Source: Escherichia coli (GTDB taxonomy: Bacteria > Pseudomonadota > Gammaproteobacteria > Enterobacterales > Enterobacteriaceae). Taken from it: a stretch of 3,484 nucleotides of DNA. The stretch is from assembly GCF_003334385.1 (NCBI RefSeq), contig NZ_QOWN01000093.1. One strand, 5' to 3'. Below, one piece after another: positions 1 through 3,484 of this stretch (within the stretch, counting starts at the first letter, position 1; each line of letters begins with the position of its first letter). Made by a program: the position numbers and the translations under genes. Under the pieces are notes generated by a model. The model was not told where the DNA came from, made no database searches, and was given only the letters and a program-made list of their open reading frames with translations.

Positions 1-1
1 G

Positions 2-940
2 TCAGAAATATACGGCCGGCAAGGTGTGGAGCTGAGCCGTTCACTGCTGTCGGGCTGGGTGGATGCATGCTGCCGGCAGCTGTCTCCGCTGGAAGAGGCG
101 CTTCATGGCTATGTGCTGACTGACGGTAAGCTCCATGCTGATGACACGCCTATCCCGGTGCTGTTGCCAGGCAATAAGAAAACGAAGACCGGGCGGTTAT
201 GGACCTACGTTCGTGACGACCGTAACGCCGGGTCAACGCTGGCGCCGGCGGTGTGGTTCGCTTACAGCCCGGACAGAAAAGGCATCCATCCGCAGACCCA
301 TCTTGCGGGGTTCAGTGGTGTACTGCAGGCGGATGCATACGCCGGGTTCAACGAGCTGTACCGGGATGGCCGGATAACGGAAGCCGCCTGTTGGGCTCAC
401 GCCCGCCGTAAAATCCACGATGTGCACGTTCGCACCCCGTCAGCCCTGACGGAGGAAGCGCTGAAACGGATCGGCGAACTGTACGCCATCGAGGCAGAGA
501 TAAGGGGAATGACGGCGGAGCAGCGCCTTGCCGAACGTCAGTTGAAAACGAAACCGCTGCTGAAATCCCTGGAAAGCTGGCTGCGTGAAAAGATGAAAAC
601 CCTGTCGCGACACTCAGAACTGGCGAAAGCGTTCGCATACGCCCTGAACCAGTGGCCGGCGCTGACGTACTATGCAGATGATGGCTGGGCTGAGACGGAC
701 AATAACATCGCTGAAAATGCGTTGCGGATGGTCAGTCTGGGCCGCAAAAACTACCTGTTCTTCGGTTCGGATCATGGAGGAGAGCGGGGAGCGCTGCTGT
801 ACAGCCTGATCGGGACGTGCAAACTGAACGGAGTGGAGCCAGAAAGCTACCTCCGCTATGTCCTTGACGTCATAGCCGACTGGCCGATAAACCGGGTCGG
901 CGAACTGCTCCCCTGGCGCGTAGCACTGCCGACTGAATAA
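2..940 (+). CDS. IS66-family transposase (TnpC/ORF3-type), C-terminal ~312 codons; 5' end lies upstream of the window
   Basis: The frame is open from the window edge (the track's ATG at 26 is internal; no in-frame stop from nt 2) to TAA at 938-940. The translation carries motifs I recognise from IS66 transposases ([51 protein letters not shown]-terminal LPW). Codon usage is typical enterobacterial. Confidence 0.9.
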   Translation, partial: SEIYGRQGVELSRSLLSGWVDACCRQLSPLEEALHGYVLTDGKLHADDTPIPVLLPGNKKTKTGRLWTYVRDDRNAGSTLAPAVWFAYSPDRKGIHPQTHLAGFSGVLQADAYAGFNELYRDGRITEAACWAHARRKIHDVHVRTPSALTEEALKRIGELYAIEAEIRGMTAEQRLAERQLKTKPLLKSLESWLREKMKTLSRHSELAKAFAYALNQWPALTYYADDGWAETDNNIAENALRMVSLGRKNYLFFGSDHGGERGALLYSLIGTCKLNGVEPESYLRYVLDVIADWPINRVGELLPWRVALPTE

Positions 941-977
941 CACATCCCCGTCAATACGGTTCTTGCTGCACGCTTAC
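941..977. repeat. Candidate right terminal inverted repeat region of the IS66-family element
   Basis: This is the sequence between the transposase stop and the predicted terminus; the complementary strand reads GTAAGCGTGCAGCAAGAACCGTATTGACGGGGATGTG from the end inward. The IR length cannot be confirmed without the left end. Confidence 0.4.
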
Positions 978-1164
978 CCTTCTGTTGCTCACTCAGGGCA
1001 TGTAAATCATGCTCAAACCACGCCCCCTGAGCATCTGTCTGCAGAATCAACCGGCCATGACAGGAAAGGCAGAAACAATGCCGGATATTTCTGCTGAGCG
1101 CAGAGTCGGCACTGATAATGTGCTCACCCGGCGTGATCCCCAGCCCCGTTTTTATACCGTTCAT
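978..1164 (-). pseudogene. 5' fragment (~62 native codons) of a CoiA-N-terminal-like zinc-finger gene, interrupted by the IS66 insertion
   Basis: ATG at 1164-1162 overlaps the TGA stop (1163-1161) of the upstream gene in an ATGA arrangement. The native translation MNGIKTGLGITPGEHIISADSALSRNIRHCFCLSCHGRLILQTDAQGAWFEHDLHALSEQQK repeats the C-x-x-C ... WFEH motif of the upstream paralog. From codon 63 the frame reads into IS terminal sequence, so the track's 102-aa ORF (856..1164) is a chimera. Confidence 0.5.
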
Positions 1165-1544
1165 TCTGCTACCCCCTCCTCACTGAAACGCCCGGTCTGG
1201 CAGTGTGTGCAGTACTGCTCCCCATAATAATCGTGGTGACATTGCCTGCAGTACCAGCTGGCTTTACGTACCACGGGTAAGGCATCCGGGACGAATTGCT
1301 GCAGACGTTTAATCAACCGTATTTCTCTGCGTTCCGGCCTGACATAAGGACATTGCTGCGCGTGCTCCGTCAGCCCGTCGTCAGTGTGTTCAAACCAGGG
1401 CCGTTCGGTGTCGTATTGCGGGTGGTATCTGAGTGCACTGCCGCAAAGGTGGCAGGTGTAGTGGGCATAAGGAGCAGTCTGTGCGGTACGGGCACCGATC
1501 AGACGTCCGTTGCCATCAAGTGCGAGAAAAGATTTTGCGTACAT
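1161..1544 (-). CDS. Zinc-ribbon protein, 127 aa, with CoiA-like N-terminal Cys/His motif and a C-terminal C-x2-C-x10-C-x2-C ribbon
   Basis: Intact ORF from ATG 1544-1542 with an AGGA Shine-Dalgarno-like sequence ~10 nt upstream, ending at TGA 1163-1161. The N-terminus (YTCHLCGSALRYHPQYDTERPWFEH) resembles the Y-x-C-P-x-C-G ... H-F-A-H motif I recall from competence protein CoiA. The C-terminus has CRQCHHDYYGEQYCTHC. Confidence 0.7.
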   Translation of the reverse strand: MYAKSFLALDGNGRLIGARTAQTAPYAHYTCHLCGSALRYHPQYDTERPWFEHTDDGLTEHAQQCPYVRPERREIRLIKRLQQFVPDALPVVRKASWYCRQCHHDYYGEQYCTHCQTGRFSEEGVAE

Positions 1545-1710
1545 AGTATATGTTCCTCTGCGCCAGACGACACGCAGGCAACAGCCGTCCCGGTACGGGC
1601 AGCGTGGTCAGGTGTGAATGGCGGTTTTCAGTTCAGTCTCAGAAGGGAAAATCAGTGTGGTCGCTGTGAACACGTCATCACACTAAGGTCAGATAAGTCG
1701 TCTGTCGGGC

Positions 1711-2280
1711 TCAGCCACGACTGCAGCCAAAATTGCGCTCACCGGTGCCGTAAGCTTTGGTACTCTCCTTCGCCAGATAGTCAGCACGCTCCAGCACCTG
1801 CTGAAAGCCGGTGTCATCATCGCGTTCCAGCCACACCGCCGGCCTGACCGGAAAATGTGCCAGCGTGTCATAACGTCCGGCATCCACTCCCAGGGCACTG
1901 CACCACGCCTGTTTAATCATCCCGGCCAGTGATCCCGGAGCGCGGTAATCGCCGGCACGACACCAGGTATCCCGGTTGACCAGCAGCATCAGGTGATAGT
2001 GTTTTTTACCTTTGCACTCCCCAAACTCCCGGGCCCAGACGTAATGCAGGGTTGTGGGATGCACGCGTTTACCTTCCCGATGCTTACGTTTCTGGTAAGC
2101 GTCGATTCGGGCTTTCAGGGCATTGATGAAGCGGGATATCACAGCTGCGTCCGTTGCTGCCGGTACATCCGGGAGACGCAGGTCAACCCGCAATGCCGTC
2201 AGGCGGGGATGAACATTCAGTGCGTGCCGCACCGTCTCACGAATACGTTGCTGCCAGAAGGGGTTGTATTTGTAGGTCAT
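1711..2280 (-). CDS. YagK/YfjJ-family (inovirus Gp2-like) protein, 189 aa from the ATG at 2280
   Basis: ORF ends at TGA 1713-1711. The ATG at 2280-2278 has GGAG 8 nt upstream, whereas the track's upstream ATG at 2316 has no purine-rich RBS. The translation (MTYKYNPFWQQRIRETVRHALNVHPRLTALRVDLRLPD ... HYHLMLLVNRD ... KAYGTGERNF) matches my recollection of the YagK/YfjJ family of CP4-type prophage-like elements; not verified by search. Confidence 0.75.
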   Translation of the reverse strand: MTYKYNPFWQQRIRETVRHALNVHPRLTALRVDLRLPDVPAATDAAVISRFINALKARIDAYQKRKHREGKRVHPTTLHYVWAREFGECKGKKHYHLMLLVNRDTWCRAGDYRAPGSLAGMIKQAWCSALGVDAGRYDTLAHFPVRPAVWLERDDDTGFQQVLERADYLAKESTKAYGTGERNFGCSRG

Positions 2281-2288
2281 GGTTAAAT

Positions 2289-2308
2289 CTCCGTATGGTT
2301 CATACGGA
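2289..2308 (-). promoter_or_regulatory. Ribosome-binding site overlapped by a perfect 8-bp inverted repeat (TCCGTATG-GTT-CATACGGA) upstream of the Gp2-like gene
   Basis: The arms at 2290-2297 and 2301-2308 are exact reverse complements with a 3-nt loop. The GGAG Shine-Dalgarno (complement of 2289-2292) lies in the 3' arm of the potential mRNA hairpin, 8 nt before the ATG. Confidence 0.3.
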
Positions 2309-2427
2309 ATAACCACGTCGTAAAAAATGCGCAGAACCCCTGAGGTGACCTCCGGCAGGACACTGTCTCAGGCACTCTGTGATAACCCGAACGGTCATCG
2401 CCGGACTGACGATTGAATTCCCGGCGT

Positions 2428-2449
2428 TGTTTTTTTAATGTAAAAAACA
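2428..2449. promoter_or_regulatory. AT-rich dyad (TGTTTTTT-TAATGT-AAAAAACA) in the divergent intergenic region; candidate operator or promoter element
   Basis: Perfect 8-bp inverted repeat with a 6-bp spacer, midway between the divergent Gp2-like gene and the small zinc-ribbon ORF. It overlaps -10-like hexamers (TTTAAT/TAATGT), with a TTGAAT -35-like hexamer at 2412-2417. Confidence 0.25.
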
Positions 2450-2481
2450 GGTTACGGATAAGGCGTGGAGAGGGAGCGATC

Positions 2482-2673
2482 GTGATATGCAAAAAGAAGT
2501 GCAGGGACTGTGGTAACGCAATTACTCATAATACAGTATGTTGCCCGTATTGTGGCGCTGTCGACCCCTTCGGTTATTACCGGAAGACCGATCGTCTGCT
2601 CTGTTTACTGACGTTACTGCTGCTGATTCTGGTTACCGTTTCAGGCGTCAGTGTATTTGTACTGTTGCAGTAG
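2482..2673 (+). CDS. Small zinc-ribbon membrane protein, 63 aa (GTG start): N-terminal C-x2-C-x9-CC-x2-C ribbon and C-terminal hydrophobic helix
   Basis: GTG at 2482 is preceded by GGAGAGGGAG (2467-2476) at 5-nt spacing; the track's TTG start at 2413 has no RBS. Translation: (M)ICKKKCRDCGNAITHNTVCCPYCGAVDPFGYYRKTDRLLCLLTLLLLILVTVSGVSVFVLLQ, with stop TAG at 2671-2673. The run of ~23 hydrophobic residues is consistent with one transmembrane segment. Confidence 0.5.
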   Translation: MICKKKCRDCGNAITHNTVCCPYCGAVDPFGYYRKTDRLLCLLTLLLLILVTVSGVSVFVLLQ

Positions 2674-2701
2674 GTTACAGGGGAGGGATTATCAGGAATC
2701 G

Positions 2702-2730
2702 GCGGGGCAGAGCGACCCGCTGCGTTTGTT
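2702..2730. terminator. Possible intrinsic terminator between convergent genes (GCGGG-9 nt loop-CCCGC followed by a T-rich tract)
   Basis: 5-bp GC stem at 2702-2706 / 2716-2720, followed by TGCGTTTGTTGT, ~30 nt after the small ORF stop. The stem is short and the loop long, so this is weak. Confidence 0.25.
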
Positions 2731-2785
2731 GTGCCAGACAGTAACGCACCGGCTCCCTGCAAAATGGTACCTGAATCAATCACAG

Positions 2786-2986
2786 TCAGGTATTCCGCCA
2801 ATCCGTGATCGAATCGAGCGGAATACTCAGCCCCGACAAATACGAGTCCCCTTCAGAAGATACAGGCCGGTAATGCCTGAACGCCTGCCCCTCTGTACAC
2901 CATTCCCTTTTGATTTCGAATTCTTTGTTGCCGTTATACTGCTTAATGTTCCCGATCTTCCGGTGCACAGATAACACCGGAGTCAT
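2786..2986 (-). CDS. Hypothetical 66-aa protein (low confidence), immediately downstream of the Hha-like gene
   Basis: ATG at 2986-2984 lies 19 nt after the Hha-like stop, with no clear Shine-Dalgarno. The translation MTPVLSVHRKIGNIKQYNGNKEFEIKREWCTEGQAFRHYRPVSSEGDSYLSGLSIPLDSITDWRNT has no recognisable family, and several rare codons (AGG, CGG, GGG) lower confidence. Confidence 0.25.
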   Translation of the reverse strand: MTPVLSVHRKIGNIKQYNGNKEFEIKREWCTEGQAFRHYRPVSSEGDSYLSGLSIPLDSITDWRNT

Positions 2987-3005
2987 CGTAGCGCGGATTC
3001 AAGAT

Positions 3006-3484
<479 letters not shown>

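Larger units (their letters stand above)
1..977 (+). mobile_element. Right-hand (3') portion of an IS66-family insertion sequence; right terminus predicted at ~nt 977
   Basis: The transposase gene is the last ORF of IS66-type elements and is followed 37 bp later by a terminus whose complement reads 5'-GTAAGCG... inward from nt 977, matching the GTAA-type ends I recall for this family. The left end and target-site duplication are outside the window, so the boundary is +/- a few bp. Confidence 0.8.

Noticed and set aside
135-943. Track ORFs 135..377 (+), 233..427 (-), 348..638 (-) and 614..943 (-)
   Set aside because: All lie in alternative frames or antisense within the well-supported IS66 transposase reading frame, with unremarkable Arg/Cys-rich translations.
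856-1164. Track ORF 856..1164 (-) as a full-length 102-aa protein
   Set aside because: Only the first ~62 codons are native; the remainder is read-through into IS66 terminal sequence and antisense to the transposase, so it is annotated as a truncated gene fragment.
1009-1227. Track ORF 1009..1227 (+), 72 aa
   Set aside because: Antisense to the truncated zinc-finger gene and the end of the 127-aa gene; no RBS and no recognisable protein features.
1296-1847. Track ORF 1296..1847 (+), 183 aa
   Set aside because: Antisense across the 127-aa zinc-ribbon gene, the spacer and the 3' end of the Gp2-like gene; the reverse-strand genes have recognisable motifs and better codon usage.
1689-2316. Track ORFs 1689..1898 (-) and 1993..2286 (+), and the longer 1711..2316 start for the Gp2-like gene
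   Set aside because: The first two are alternative-frame or antisense within the Gp2-like gene. The ATG at 2316 has no RBS, whereas the ATG at 2280 has GGAG at 8-nt spacing, so the shorter start is preferred but not proven.
2283-2492. Track ORF 2283..2492 (-), 69 aa, and the TTG start at 2413 of the 86-aa (+) ORF
   Set aside because: The (-) ORF spans the divergent promoter region with no RBS. For the (+) ORF, the in-frame GTG at 2482 with a strong Shine-Dalgarno is a far better start than TTG at 2413.
2906-2930. Possible tRNA T-loop-like sequence (TTCGAATTC) and any tRNA at an integration site
   Set aside because: No GGTTCGAATCC-type T-arm with a matching acceptor stem was found anywhere in the window, and the sequence lies within an ORF region.
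2538-2974. Track ORFs 2538..2744 (+), 2577..2801 (-) and 2651..2974 (+)
   Set aside because: They overlap the better-supported small zinc-ribbon ORF or span the convergent intergenic region; translations are Arg/Ser/Pro-rich with no start signals.

Overview
This 3.5-kb window looks like an accessory, horizontally acquired region (prophage-like integrative element or plasmid) of an enterobacterial-type genome. Nt 1-977 is the right-hand end of an IS66-family insertion sequence: the C-terminal ~310 codons of the transposase (stop at 940) and a terminus near 977. The IS appears to have inserted into the last gene of a reverse-strand operon. That operon is a YagK/YfjJ-family (inovirus Gp2-like) gene (2280->1711), a 127-aa zinc-ribbon protein with a CoiA-like N-terminal Cys/His motif (1544->1161), and a paralogous zinc-finger gene joined to it by an ATGA stop/start overlap, of which only ~62 native codons (1164->979) remain. 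Divergent from the operon is a 63-aa ORF for a small zinc-ribbon protein with a C-terminal transmembrane helix (2482-2673). On the reverse strand at 3218->3006 is an Hha/YmoA-family gene that the ORF track missed because it has no canonical start codon. No rRNA, tRNA or CRISPR array is evident. The most plausible candidate for an undescribed system is the Gp2-like plus tandem zinc-finger operon, but its function is not established here. All family assignments rest on motif recognition by eye and recalled sequences, not on database searches.
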